DNA of 64,000 nucleotides from Gammaproteobacteria bacterium (GTDB taxonomy: Bacteria > Pseudomonadota > Gammaproteobacteria > CAJXQU01). Shown one piece after another: positions 39,159-48,885 of the stretch. The notes under the pieces were generated by a model. That model saw only the letters and a list, made by a program, of their open reading frames with translations. It made no database searches and was not told the DNA's origin. Every line of letters starts with the position of its first letter. Positions within the stretch are counted from its first letter, which is position 1. A program made the translations under genes and the position numbers. Location of the stretch: NCBI GenBank assembly GCA_965238175.1, contig CBDEGZ010000003.1:1664001-1728000 (forward strand), given 5' to 3'.

Positions 39159-39497
39159 ATGAAAGACAATAAGCAGGGTGAAGATATAAAAACGAGTGAG
39201 CGACTTCTTGAGAATAACGCGCTTGGCAAGAGTGATTATTTGCCTTCACTTGTGTTTGATCCTGAACAGTATGTGGATGATTTTGATGAGCTAGATTTAA
39301 GCAATAAACAACATATTGAGTTTCTTCAATCGCTTTGGCACATCATGTCCACCTTTGTTGATATAGGTTGGGGAGTTGAATCTGTCCAGTTATTTTTACC
39401 GGAATTATTTGAAAAAGCTGGGCAGGATTCTGACAAACTGTTAAGACTAGAAGAAATACAAACAATTAAACCATCTGAAGGAGGATATGATGAGTAG
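39159..39497 (+). CDS. Small acidic protein coupled to the recombinase
   Basis: RBS AAGGAG; overlaps the recombinase start. Confidence 0.7.
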   Translation: MKDNKQGEDIKTSERLLENNALGKSDYLPSLVFDPEQYVDDFDELDLSNKQHIEFLQSLWHIMSTFVDIGWGVESVQLFLPELFEKAGQDSDKLLRLEEIQTIKPSEGGYDE

Positions 39498-41049
39498 TCC
39501 GTCAAAAGCCCTTATTTATTGTAGAGTTTCAGACACGAAACAAAAGCTTGAAGGCTCGGGTCTTGAAAGCCAGGAATTTCGTTGTCGCCAATATGCTACC
39601 AGTCAATCTTATCAGGTTGAAAAAGTCTTTTTAGATGATATGTCTGGTGGTGGTGATTTTATGAAACGCCCCGGCATGGTGTCCTTGCTACATTATCTTA
39701 ATCAACACAATGAAACGAACTATTTTGTTATCTTTGATGATCTAAAAAGGTTAGCCAGAGATACCATGGCGCATTGGCAATTACGCCATGCCATGATGGA
39801 AGTTGGGGCGAAGGTAGAGTGTTTAAATTATAAGTTTGATGACACACCGGAAGGTGAGTTTGTGGAAACTTTATTTGCCGCGCAAGGCCAATTAGAGCGT
39901 AAGCAAATTGGTCGTCAAACCCGGCAAAAAACCAAAGCCAGGTTAGAAGCAGGCTTTCATGCCTTTATTGCACCGACTGGGTTTAAATATAACAAGACCA
40001 AAACGCAAGGTAAGCTATTGCAACGAGATGAACCGGTAGCTTCGGTGATCGCAGAAATGATGGAAGGTTTTGCTTCGGGTAGATTTCAAACCAAGATGGA
40101 AGCAAAGGTGTTTCTTGAAAATCACTCACTTTACCCGAAAACCGCTAGTTGCAAGATTGGTAATAATCAGATCAATAAAATCTTAATGAACCCACTTTAT
40201 GCAGGTTATATTCAATATAAGCCATGGGGCGTATCTTTGCGCAAAGGGCAACATGATGGCATGGTTAGTTATGAAACCTTTCTTAAAATCCAAGAGCGTT
40301 TAAAAGGTCGTGCGCATGCTCCGGCACGTAAAGATTTAAATGAAGAATTTCCCTTAAGAGGCAGTGTCATTTGCACGTGTGGAAATTGCTTAACTTCGGG
40401 TATGTCAAAAAGCCAGACTGGTAAATATTATCCTTATTATAATTGTCAGAAAAAAGGCTGTGACCATTACGGTAAATCCATTCGGCGTGATGTGATTGAG
40501 GGAGAATTTGAAACTTTACTTGAACAGCTTTCGCCAACTCAAAATGTGATAAAAACCGCGAATAAAATGTTTAAAGCCTTGTGGACTCATCGCGAAACTT
40601 CTCAACAAATTTATAAAAAAACATTAGAGAAACAAACCAAAGTCATTGAAAAGAAAATAAACGATTTACTGGATCGCATTGTTGAAGCTGAATCGTCCGT
40701 AGTGGTGAAAGCTTTTGAGAAAAAGATTCATGGGCTAGAAAATGACCAGCGTGTAATTGAAGAAAAAATGGGCCAATGTGGTCGTCCTTTACGACACTTT
40801 GATGACATGTATCGAACCTCGATGGTGTTTCTTGAGAACCCGCATAAAATATGGGCTTTTGGTGGGTTTGAAGACCGTCGAGCAGTGCTAAAATTGACCT
40901 TGGCAGAGCGATTGGTATATGAGCGAAATAAGGGGTATCGAACCCCTGATTTATCGTTACCTTTCAAGATGTTAGAGGGTGTTTCGGGGGGTAAAAATAA
41001 AATGGTGCCCAGAAGAGGACTTGAACCTCCACGACCCGAAGGTCACTAG
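39487..41049 (+). CDS. Large serine recombinase (integrase); last 47 nt overlap tRNA-Leu antisense
   Basis: IYCRVSDTKQ catalytic motif, DDLKRLARD, NPLYAG recombinase domain, CTCG...YYNCQKKGC zinc ribbon, coiled coil. Confidence 0.93.
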   Translation: MMSSPSKALIYCRVSDTKQKLEGSGLESQEFRCRQYATSQSYQVEKVFLDDMSGGGDFMKRPGMVSLLHYLNQHNETNYFVIFDDLKRLARDTMAHWQLRHAMMEVGAKVECLNYKFDDTPEGEFVETLFAAQGQLERKQIGRQTRQKTKARLEAGFHAFIAPTGFKYNKTKTQGKLLQRDEPVASVIAEMMEGFASGRFQTKMEAKVFLENHSLYPKTASCKIGNNQINKILMNPLYAGYIQYKPWGVSLRKGQHDGMVSYETFLKIQERLKGRAHAPARKDLNEEFPLRGSVICTCGNCLTSGMSKSQTGKYYPYYNCQKKGCDHYGKSIRRDVIEGEFETLLEQLSPTQNVIKTANKMFKALWTHRETSQQIYKKTLEKQTKVIEKKINDLLDRIVEAESSVVVKAFEKKIHGLENDQRVIEEKMGQCGRPLRHFDDMYRTSMVFLENPHKIWAFGGFEDRRAVLKLTLAERLVYERNKGYRTPDLSLPFKMLEGVSGGKNKMVPRRGLEPPRPEGH

Positions 41050-41089
41050 CACCTGAAGCTAGCGCGTCTACCAATTCCGCCACCTGGGC
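41003..41089 (-). tRNA. tRNA-Leu(CAG), integration target
   Basis: Reverse complement GCCCAGGTGGCGGAATTGGTAGACGCGCTAGCTTCAGGTGCTAG...GTTCAAGTCCTCTTCTGGGCACCA, long variable arm. Confidence 0.97.
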
Positions 41090-41199
41090 TTGAAATGTCT
41101 TATCATTTCTCACTGGGATGTGAGAATATGTCAGCTAACGTCTTTAAAGACATTTGCATGCACACTTGCATGTACCTAAAACGGCCTGGACAATATCAA

Positions 41200-41235
41200 G
41201 GCGCGAAATCTACCCGACCATATAAAGAGTGTCAA
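41200..41235 (-). promoter_or_regulatory. Sigma70 promoter of tRNA-Leu
   Basis: TTGACA-17 nt-TAGATT plus GC-rich discriminator TCGCGCC. Confidence 0.78.
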
Positions 41236-41246
41236 TGAGCAAGTGA

Positions 41247-43442
41247 ATGAGTAAGAGTAAAGAGAAAAAAATCACCCAAAAAACTGATCCGCATTACCAG
41301 CGTGAAGCAGCAAAATATGAAAACCCAATCCCAAGCAGGGAGATGATCCTTGCCTATTTGAAAGACTGTGGTGGTCCGCGAAAATTTGATCATATTGCAA
41401 ATGATCTAAACCTCCGAGATGAAGAACAAACCGTTGCATTGAAGCGACGCTTGAGAGCGATGGAGCGTGATGCACAGTTAATTTATAACCGTCGTGGAGG
41501 TTATGTGCCGCTGGCCGAAGTTGATTTGATCTCTGGTCGCGTGATTGGTCATCCTGATGGTTTCGGGTTTCTTGTTCAAGATAAAGGTGGCGATGATATT
41601 TTTCTTTCTGGCCGTCAAATGCGTAGTGTTTTGCATGGCGATCGTGTTGTTGTCAGCATCACAGGAATTGATCGTCGAGGTCGTTCGGAAGGTTCGATAG
41701 TCGAAGTTCTTGAACGTGCAAATGAACAGGTTGTTGGTCGATATTATGAAGAAAGCGGTGTTGGTTTTGTTGCACCGGATAATAAACGCATTCACCAGGA
41801 TATTATGATCCCACAGGATGCATCCGGTGGCGCATCAAACGGACAAATTGTTGTAGCCGCAATTGTTAAACAACCGGATAAAAGAGCGCAACCAGTTGGC
41901 AAAATCGTTGAAGTAATGGGTGACCATATGGCTCCCGGAATGGAGATCGAAGTTTCGATCCGTGCCCATGAGTTGCCGACAATTTGGCCGAAGGAAGTAG
42001 AAGATGCGGTACAGAAATTGTCTTCAGAAGTCGATGAGAAAGATAAACAACCGAAAGACTTTCCAAGAGAAGATCTACGAGATACACCTTTGGTTACCAT
42101 CGATGGTGAAGATGCTCGGGATTTTGATGATGCAGTTTTTTGTGAGCGGCAAGGCAAGGGCTGGCGCTTATTAGTCGCGATTGCCGATGTTTCACATTAC
42201 ATTCAAGTAGGCTCTCCACTTGATCAAGAAGCACATAAACGCGGAACGTCGGTTTATTTTCCTGATCGTGTTATTCCTATGTTACCCGAGATCATTTCTA
42301 ATGGATTATGTTCTTTAAATCCGGACGTTGATCGACTTTGTATGGTTTGTGAGCTCTCTATTAATGCACAAGGACAAGTGCAACGACATCGCTTTTTTGA
42401 AGGTGTTATGCGATCAGCCGCGCGACTAACATATACAAAAATGGCCGCGATTGTCATTGATAAAGAAAAACAATTATGCACGGAATATAAAAATGTTCTT
42501 CCACATTTGGATGATCTTTATTCACTCTACGAACTTTTCAGAAAGAATAGAGAGAAGCGTGGCGCTATCGATTTTGATACCACCGAAACAAGAATCGTAT
42601 TTGGTGAAGAGAGAAAAATAGATCGGATCGAACCCTTAGTTAGAAACGATGCACATAAATTGATCGAAGAATTTATGGTGGCTGCGAATGTCGCGGCGGC
42701 AGAATTTTTGTTAGCAAATGAGATACCTGCTCTTTATCGAATCCACGAAGATCCTGATCCTGAAAAACTTGCAGATAGACGAAAGTTTTTAAATGAACTT
42801 GGTGTCACGCTTGGAGGAGGGGATAAGCCGACGGCAAAAGATTTCGCAAAATTATTGAAAAAGGTTGCAGGTCGTGAAGATGCGCATTTGATCCAGACGT
42901 TACTTTTGCGTTGTATGCGGCTCGCGGTTTATAACCCAGAAAACGTCGGTCATTTCGGTTTGGCTTTTGATGCGTATACACACTTCACTTCGCCGATAAG
43001 ACGTTATCCTGATCTGCTTGTACATAGAGCAATCCGACATCTAGTACGAACAAAAACATCGGATAATTATAATTACAGTTCTGGTGATATGCAGGTACTT
43101 GGTGAACATTGCTCGATGACCGAAAGAAGAGCTGATGAAGCCACCCGAGATGCCATAAGTTGGCTTAAATGTGAATACATGATGGATAAGGTTGGGGAAG
43201 AATTTGAAGGTGTTATTTCTGCCGTTACTTCATTTGGTTTGTTTGTAGAGTTAGATCAAATTTATGTAGAAGGTCTTGTACATGTTACCGCGCTGAAACA
43301 TGATTATTATCAATTTGATCCGGTAGGACAAAAACTGACCGGTGAACGTAGTGGCAAAACCTATCGCTTAGCAAACAAAATTCGAGTTCAAGTAGCGCGC
43401 GTTGATCTTGATGAAAAGAAAATAGATTTTGAGTTGGTGTAA
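41247..43442 (+). CDS. rnr: Ribonuclease R
   Basis: YENPIPSRE HTH, GHPDGFGF, TIDGEDARDFDDA, HFTSPIRRYPD, S1 domain. Confidence 0.96.
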   Translation: MSKSKEKKITQKTDPHYQREAAKYENPIPSREMILAYLKDCGGPRKFDHIANDLNLRDEEQTVALKRRLRAMERDAQLIYNRRGGYVPLAEVDLISGRVIGHPDGFGFLVQDKGGDDIFLSGRQMRSVLHGDRVVVSITGIDRRGRSEGSIVEVLERANEQVVGRYYEESGVGFVAPDNKRIHQDIMIPQDASGGASNGQIVVAAIVKQPDKRAQPVGKIVEVMGDHMAPGMEIEVSIRAHELPTIWPKEVEDAVQKLSSEVDEKDKQPKDFPREDLRDTPLVTIDGEDARDFDDAVFCERQGKGWRLLVAIADVSHYIQVGSPLDQEAHKRGTSVYFPDRVIPMLPEIISNGLCSLNPDVDRLCMVCELSINAQGQVQRHRFFEGVMRSAARLTYTKMAAIVIDKEKQLCTEYKNVLPHLDDLYSLYELFRKNREKRGAIDFDTTETRIVFGEERKIDRIEPLVRNDAHKLIEEFMVAANVAAAEFLLANEIPALYRIHEDPDPEKLADRRKFLNELGVTLGGGDKPTAKDFAKLLKKVAGREDAHLIQTLLLRCMRLAVYNPENVGHFGLAFDAYTHFTSPIRRYPDLLVHRAIRHLVRTKTSDNYNYSSGDMQVLGEHCSMTERRADEATRDAISWLKCEYMMDKVGEEFEGVISAVTSFGLFVELDQIYVEGLVHVTALKHDYYQFDPVGQKLTGERSGKTYRLANKIRVQVARVDLDEKKIDFELV

Positions 43443-43548
43443 AAAATATTTCTTTGATTTGTTCAAAGTATTTTAAAACTAAAATGATTTGGCTGATTAA
43501 ATATAAATACTCTTTATTCCTTGTGGTGTAATTTGATCATTTATTGAT

Positions 43549-43902
43549 ATGGAAAATACTCCACAAAGACATCAAGCAATAACTACAGTCTCAACTATAG
43601 GAATATTACTATCTGCAGCACCAATTGCTTTAATTATTTGGAATTTTTTCTACAAAGGTTTTGTAATACATGGATCTGAAAGCTATATTTACATAAAAAT
43701 ATTCTTATCTTTAACTACTATAATTTCATTTCTTGGATTTATTTATTTACGCAAGTGGGCAATTTTCTTACTTTTTAGTGTATTTATAAGTTACATCATA
43801 GTACCAGTATTTCTTGAAACAACCGGTAGTTACTGGATGAATTTTATTATCCCTATATTTGGTTTGTTTACAGCATATCAAAATAAAGAAGTGTTTAGAT
43901 AG
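43549..43902 (+). CDS. Small AT-rich 4-TM hypothetical protein
   Basis: 117 aa, almost entirely hydrophobic. Confidence 0.55.
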   Translation: MENTPQRHQAITTVSTIGILLSAAPIALIIWNFFYKGFVIHGSESYIYIKIFLSLTTIISFLGFIYLRKWAIFLLFSVFISYIIVPVFLETTGSYWMNFIIPIFGLFTAYQNKEVFR

Positions 43903-44065
43903 TGTTATACCTAATGAATAATAGGGTTAACAATAAAATATCAAGGTTCGGCAAACTTAATTTGGTACAACAGATTATTTTTTTATAAAATAGCATCAAA
44001 TGTGATGTTATTTTAAACCTTCACAATTCTACTTCAGACTTGAACTTAATCTATCGCTTGAAATT

Positions 44066-44959
44066 TTATAACACTGCTTTGAGAGCAATCTTCAGTTCGG
44101 TATATTTAAACTTAAAATTGTTATCGATAAACCGTTTAGGAATGACTCGTTGACCGCCGAGTAATAACCTAGACATCTCGCCTAATCCTGTTTTTAAAAT
44201 AATTGATGGAATGTGCATAAAGGCGAAGCGATTGAGACTACTCGCAAGCGTTTTAGTAAATTCGTTATTAGTCACGGGTTGTGGAGCTGTACCGTTAAAC
44301 ACACCAGAGAGTTCTTGATTGTTGAGTAGGTGAATTATCATTTTGATCAGATCATCTCTGTGTATCCATGACATCCATTGTTGTCCGTTTCCTAATCGTC
44401 CACCTAAACCTAATTTGAATGGTAAAATCATACGACTAAGAAAGCCGCCATCTTTTCCTATCACCAGTCCAATTCTGAGTATGCAAACGCGTAGACCTAA
44501 CTTGTTTGCCTGGTTTGCGGTGTGTTCCCATTCCGCACAGAGTTGGTGGGCAAAGTCATCTTTAAACTCGGATGTCTCATTAAGAGTTTGATCAGCTTGA
44601 TTACCATAGAAGCCAATTGCAGAAGCACTAATTAGTGTTTTAGGTTTTATTTCTGCATTGGCTATGTAATCGATAATTTGTCTGGTTATTCCTATACGAC
44701 TACTCAATAAAATTTTCTTACGTTTCAGAGACCATCGTTTATCTGCAATGGGTTCACCTGCAAGATTAATAATTGCATCGAAATGATCTGTTGGTTTTAG
44801 TGACGTTATTGATTCAATAGAAGAAACATTCTTGCTGAATAAGGGTGGAATTTTTTTAGGTGTGCGACTAACGATCGTTAGCTGATGATTTTGTGACAAT
44901 AAATATTCACAGAGCGCTTTTCCAATGAATCCACTGCCACCCGTGATTAGTATTTTCAT
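44066..44959 (-). CDS. TIGR01777/YfcH-type NAD-dependent epimerase family protein
   Basis: ITGGSGFIG, INLAGEPIA, GQQWMSWIH, GQRVIP. Confidence 0.92.
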   Translation of the reverse strand: MKILITGGSGFIGKALCEYLLSQNHQLTIVSRTPKKIPPLFSKNVSSIESITSLKPTDHFDAIINLAGEPIADKRWSLKRKKILLSSRIGITRQIIDYIANAEIKPKTLISASAIGFYGNQADQTLNETSEFKDDFAHQLCAEWEHTANQANKLGLRVCILRIGLVIGKDGGFLSRMILPFKLGLGGRLGNGQQWMSWIHRDDLIKMIIHLLNNQELSGVFNGTAPQPVTNNEFTKTLASSLNRFAFMHIPSIILKTGLGEMSRLLLGGQRVIPKRFIDNNFKFKYTELKIALKAVL

Positions 44960-44983
44960 TGCATGCTTTACACTTATAGAAAA

Positions 44984-45415
44984 CTATTGATCTGCAGAGC
45001 TAATAAATTTTGATCGAATTTCTTCGATTCTTGATCGGTTTTTTCCGAAGTCAGAGTGTCCTAATCTTGAAGCAGATCGAACATGACAAATACTATTATC
45101 GGGTTCACAGTAAAATTCTAGATCATCAACAAAGCCCATCATCGGTGTTTTACACTCTGCATGGATATAGTTTTTATTTGAGGTAATGATTGAGATGCCA
45201 GATTTATAAGTGAGAATGTTTTTTAGTCTTAACATATCACTTTCTGAATTATCACCGAAAATGAAAGGTGCAATTTTATGGTTATAGGAATTATTTGCAT
45301 TACTTAAGTTATCCGAATCTATTTGACTTGAAACACAGTTGGGCGAATCAGGGCAGGGAAGTAGCTTGCCATTTTTGACGCCAAGGTTTGTTGGTCTTTT
45401 TCCTGAAAAGAACAT
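44984..45415 (-). CDS. DUF1499-family protein
   Basis: CPDSPNCVSSQ, FVDDLEF, VRSASRLGHSDFGKNRSR. Confidence 0.88.
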   Translation of the reverse strand: MFFSGKRPTNLGVKNGKLLPCPDSPNCVSSQIDSDNLSNANNSYNHKIAPFIFGDNSESDMLRLKNILTYKSGISIITSNKNYIHAECKTPMMGFVDDLEFYCEPDNSICHVRSASRLGHSDFGKNRSRIEEIRSKFISSADQ

Positions 45416-45417
45416 TT

Positions 45418-46518
45418 TTAATTATCCGCCAAGTGTTGTAAATGAGTGATGTTATAGTCATAACCAAAGCCAAAACGAAATCCATTTTCTTTAGTCGAAA
45501 ATAAAGTGTTTGGTAATACGGTGAGTTTGTGCTTTTTGATCAAATTTTCTGAAAAGTCTAAGGCTGAATTATTTCCATTGAGTAAGGGAAAGCAAACTGA
45601 ACCGGCTTCAGGTAAGACAAAATTAAGAGTTGAATCATTTTCAGACATGAAGGTTTTTAGTTGATCGAAATTATTTTTGATCAGTTTTCTATTTCGATCC
45701 CATATTTTTGTATGATTCTGGATAACACTAGTCGCTAACTTTTCATCTAATAAACTATTACAGATCGATAAAGATAATTTTATATTTATTGCGCGACCAA
45801 TGATGGATTGATCTTGACAATTGATCCAACCAATTCTGATTGCAGGTAACGCATAAGCTTTAGAGATAACACCAATACTGATCGCTTTGGGATAAAGATC
45901 CGCAACCGAAGGTAATTGATCTTCTTGATTATATTCAAGCCCGCGGAAAACTTCGTCAGATAATATCCAGCAATTATTTTTATCGCAAATTTCAATAATT
46001 TGTCGCAATTCATTTTCGCTGATCATCGCGCCGGTCGGGTTATTTGGAAAGTTGATGATCAATAATTCACAACCAGCACTGACTATTTCTTCTAATTTAT
46101 GTAGATCAATTTCCCAATGTTGATTCGCTATTAATGGAATGAATTTTATTTCACAACCTATGTCTTGTGCGGTATCAAATAAAGGTTCGAATATGGGTGT
46201 GATTGCAGCAACGGTATCGTTTGGTTCAAGTAAGGCTTGAATACTACAAAAGATCGCTTCTTGTGCACCAGCGAATGTGGCAATTCGGTTAATATCATTG
46301 TGATCATAAAGTGTTGTAATTGCTTCTCGGAGTCCTAAGTCTCCAAGTGTTGTTGCATGATCTAATTTTTGCTGGGGATCAAACCGATCTATTTTCCCGA
46401 TCAATTCTTCTAGTTCGGAGGTTGTAAATGGTTGGGGATTCGATTGGTGTATGGGCGTCGGAGAATAAGATGCCCATTGTCTGTTATATTCAGCTATGCT
46501 TTTTTGTTTGAATCGCAT
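45418..46518 (-). CDS. PLP-dependent class I/II aminotransferase-fold enzyme (candidate OvoB-like C-S lyase)
   Basis: NFPNNPTG, SDEVF, SKAYALPAIRIGW; overlaps ovoA. Confidence 0.82.
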   Translation of the reverse strand: MRFKQKSIAEYNRQWASYSPTPIHQSNPQPFTTSELEELIGKIDRFDPQQKLDHATTLGDLGLREAITTLYDHNDINRIATFAGAQEAIFCSIQALLEPNDTVAAITPIFEPLFDTAQDIGCEIKFIPLIANQHWEIDLHKLEEIVSAGCELLIINFPNNPTGAMISENELRQIIEICDKNNCWILSDEVFRGLEYNQEDQLPSVADLYPKAISIGVISKAYALPAIRIGWINCQDQSIIGRAINIKLSLSICNSLLDEKLATSVIQNHTKIWDRNRKLIKNNFDQLKTFMSENDSTLNFVLPEAGSVCFPLLNGNNSALDFSENLIKKHKLTVLPNTLFSTKENGFRFGFGYDYNITHLQHLADN

Positions 46519-48614
46519 CTTTTCCAGATTGTCATTTGTGCAATGGTATGTTGATGCTTACGAGCTGTTTCTCGGATTACAAAAGGTACATCAATCGGTT
46601 CACAGAATGGCTCGAAATGATCTTTTAAGAAATGGTATAGACCATCCAGTGTCGTGACATTTTCACCATTGATTTTTCGACCACCAACCCAATGTTGCTT
46701 ATCGGTATATTCTTCTAACCAAGTGTAAGGAGATGTGAGAACAAGTAAGCCACCGACATTCATACGCTTATGAATTGATTTTAAAAATATAGCTGGTTCA
46801 TACAGACGATCGATTAAATTACCTGCAAAGATTAAATCATAATCTTTATAGTTGGGTTTTAAATTACAAGCATCTCCTTGACTGAAATCAATTTTATCCG
46901 CAAATTGATCAAGATTAAGATCTTCCAAACTGATTTGTTTGAGAGTGGTTAATTCACCCTCATCGGTAATCAAGTATCTCAATTGGCCGTGATCGCGCAA
47001 ACTAAGCGCATTACGTATAAATCGTGTGGAGAAATCGATCGCATCAACATGTGTTGCATGCTGTGCTATCTCAAAACTACTGCGACCAACGGCACAACCA
47101 ATATCGAAGGCGCGATCAAATTTTTTATCACCAGCAACTTCTATTATTTTAGCAATACATGCTTTCGGGAAATTAGGAACAGAAAAGTATTCAGCGCCAT
47201 AATGAAACTCCAGATACTGAGAAATAAATTCATCAGATTCATAACTATTAAAAGTCTGATCAACTTTTTCATTCGATTCAATATAACGAAAACCGGCATG
47301 CTGATAAAAGTGACGACGAAAAGCATAACGGCTGTCTCTTAAGGCTTCATTACCGGTGGAAACCCAACTGCCACCCTTGATCAGATTATGTCGACCATCA
47401 AAAGTAGGGACTGAAAAGTCATCATAGGCCGGATGAACTTTAAAACCATCAAATGCATCAATGGCGGTTTCAGTCCATTGCCAGACATTGCCAACAATGT
47501 CACCGAATTTAGCGTGCATAAATTGATCAACTGGCGACGAGGATGCCCAGTATTCAAGATTGATATTGCCCGGTGCTTTTATCCACTCGGTATGATCATT
47601 TTCGATATAGAGATCATAAAGTCGGTACCATTCAGCTTCGCTTGGTAATCTTATTTTTTTTCCGGTGCTCGCAGAGAGCCAATTACAGAAGGCTTTTGCT
47701 TCATGAAAGTTCACATCGACAGGCCAACTCCAGGGCATATCAATTTCTTCAAGCATTGTTCGATAGCGAAAGGAGTGATTATTTTTGATCCAAAATATTG
47801 GATAGCTGACTTTTTTAAATTGGTTCCACTCCCAACCTTCTTCGTTCCACCAACATTCGGATTGATAGCCACCGTCTTTGACGAATTTCAAAAACTCTTT
47901 GTTAGAAACAAGAAATTGACTTGCGTTAAAAGGTGAAACGTTAGACTTCAAAGAACCATATTCATTGTCCCAGCCAAAAGTTTCTGAGGGTTGCGAACGA
48001 CCTTGAATAACTTCACCAGAGGCTATTGGAATCAAATGATTTTCTGGAGCATGTTTTTTGCGTGTACAACATATTGGCCAGTCAGTACTTGGTGCGACAA
48101 GGTCAATCGGTAACTGTCGAATTAAAACGGAAGAGGTTTCAAGATGAATTCTTTCGTGTTCAATTCCCATTAAAATAATCCAGAAAGGATCATTCCACTG
48201 TATCGGTAAACTAATTGGAAGTGTGTCGATTAATTGATCGACTAATGCATGAACTTCTTTTCGATATTCACGAACTTGTTCTACGCCAGGCCAATTATAA
48301 TTTTTTTCATCGAGATCATCCCATGACATCTCATCAACACCGATTGCCATCATCGATTCCATATCAGGGTTTACGCGTTGTTCTATGTTTTTGGAGACGA
48401 TCAATTTATTAATATAAAAAGTCGCTGTATGTCCGTAGTAGAAAATTAGAGGGTGACGAAGTGGCTCTGGACGTTCGAAGTAAGCTGAATTATTTTTTAA
48501 AGTAGCAAAAAGGGATTCGTATTGTTTACAGGTCGCATGAAAGTATTCACGAATCTCTTCACGTTTTTTCTCAGCATCGCCTGAGTCGATAATGGGTGTT
48601 TTATATGTTTGCAT
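46494..48614 (-). CDS. ovoA: 5-histidylcysteine sulfoxide synthase/methyltransferase (ovothiol biosynthesis)
   Basis: LRHPLIFYYGHT, GVDEMSWDD, iron motif HERIHLE, FGE domain, RYAFRRHFYQHAGFR, C-terminal DIGCAVGR methyltransferase with RETARK. Confidence 0.93.
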   Translation of the reverse strand: MQTYKTPIIDSGDAEKKREEIREYFHATCKQYESLFATLKNNSAYFERPEPLRHPLIFYYGHTATFYINKLIVSKNIEQRVNPDMESMMAIGVDEMSWDDLDEKNYNWPGVEQVREYRKEVHALVDQLIDTLPISLPIQWNDPFWIILMGIEHERIHLETSSVLIRQLPIDLVAPSTDWPICCTRKKHAPENHLIPIASGEVIQGRSQPSETFGWDNEYGSLKSNVSPFNASQFLVSNKEFLKFVKDGGYQSECWWNEEGWEWNQFKKVSYPIFWIKNNHSFRYRTMLEEIDMPWSWPVDVNFHEAKAFCNWLSASTGKKIRLPSEAEWYRLYDLYIENDHTEWIKAPGNINLEYWASSSPVDQFMHAKFGDIVGNVWQWTETAIDAFDGFKVHPAYDDFSVPTFDGRHNLIKGGSWVSTGNEALRDSRYAFRRHFYQHAGFRYIESNEKVDQTFNSYESDEFISQYLEFHYGAEYFSVPNFPKACIAKIIEVAGDKKFDRAFDIGCAVGRSSFEIAQHATHVDAIDFSTRFIRNALSLRDHGQLRYLITDEGELTTLKQISLEDLNLDQFADKIDFSQGDACNLKPNYKDYDLIFAGNLIDRLYEPAIFLKSIHKRMNVGGLLVLTSPYTWLEEYTDKQHWVGGRKINGENVTTLDGLYHFLKDHFEPFCEPIDVPFVIRETARKHQHTIAQMTIWKRCDSNKKA

Positions 48615-48647
48615 GGATGACTATTTTATTGTTGTTTGGTTCTGAAT

Positions 48648-48881
48648 CTAGACCGTGGTTATACGTATTTGTTCCTCTCCAAATTGAATAATATCACCTG
48701 AGACTATCTTTTTCCTTTTACGTGTTTCAATAAGCCCGTTGACGAGTACTTCACCAGCAGCGATAACAGATTTAGCTTCGCCACCACTTGAAACCCAGCC
48801 TTCAAATTTCAGAATCTTATAAAGCTCCACGGGTGATGTTTTTATTTCTACAGATGGAATGTCTTTTTCTGATTTGCTCAT
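48648..48881 (-). CDS. S4-domain RNA-binding protein (YbcJ-like)
   Basis: LYKILK...SGGEAK...VNG..ETRKRKKI. Confidence 0.9.
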   Translation of the reverse strand: MSKSEKDIPSVEIKTSPVELYKILKFEGWVSSGGEAKSVIAAGEVLVNGLIETRKRKKIVSGDIIQFGEEQIRITTV

Positions 48882-48885
48882 TTAA

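Larger units (their letters stand above)
10685..41010. mobile_element. Integrative mobilisable element/genomic island (~30.3 kb) integrated at the tRNA-Leu(CAG) 3' end
   Basis: TGGTGCCC direct repeat at 10685-10692 and 41003-41010 (tRNA acceptor end); terminal large serine recombinase; mobC, relaxase, coupling protein; flanked by core genes gltX and rnr. Confidence 0.88.

Noticed and set aside
10685-41010. Prophage or self-transmissible ICE
   Set aside because: No phage structural genes and no recognisable VirB4/TraC ATPase or pilus genes; IME is the better-supported call.
46494-48614. Ergothioneine (EgtB) or selenometabolite synthase
   Set aside because: The architecture with a fused C-terminal methyltransferase is OvoA-type, and no selenophosphate synthetase or egtD is nearby.
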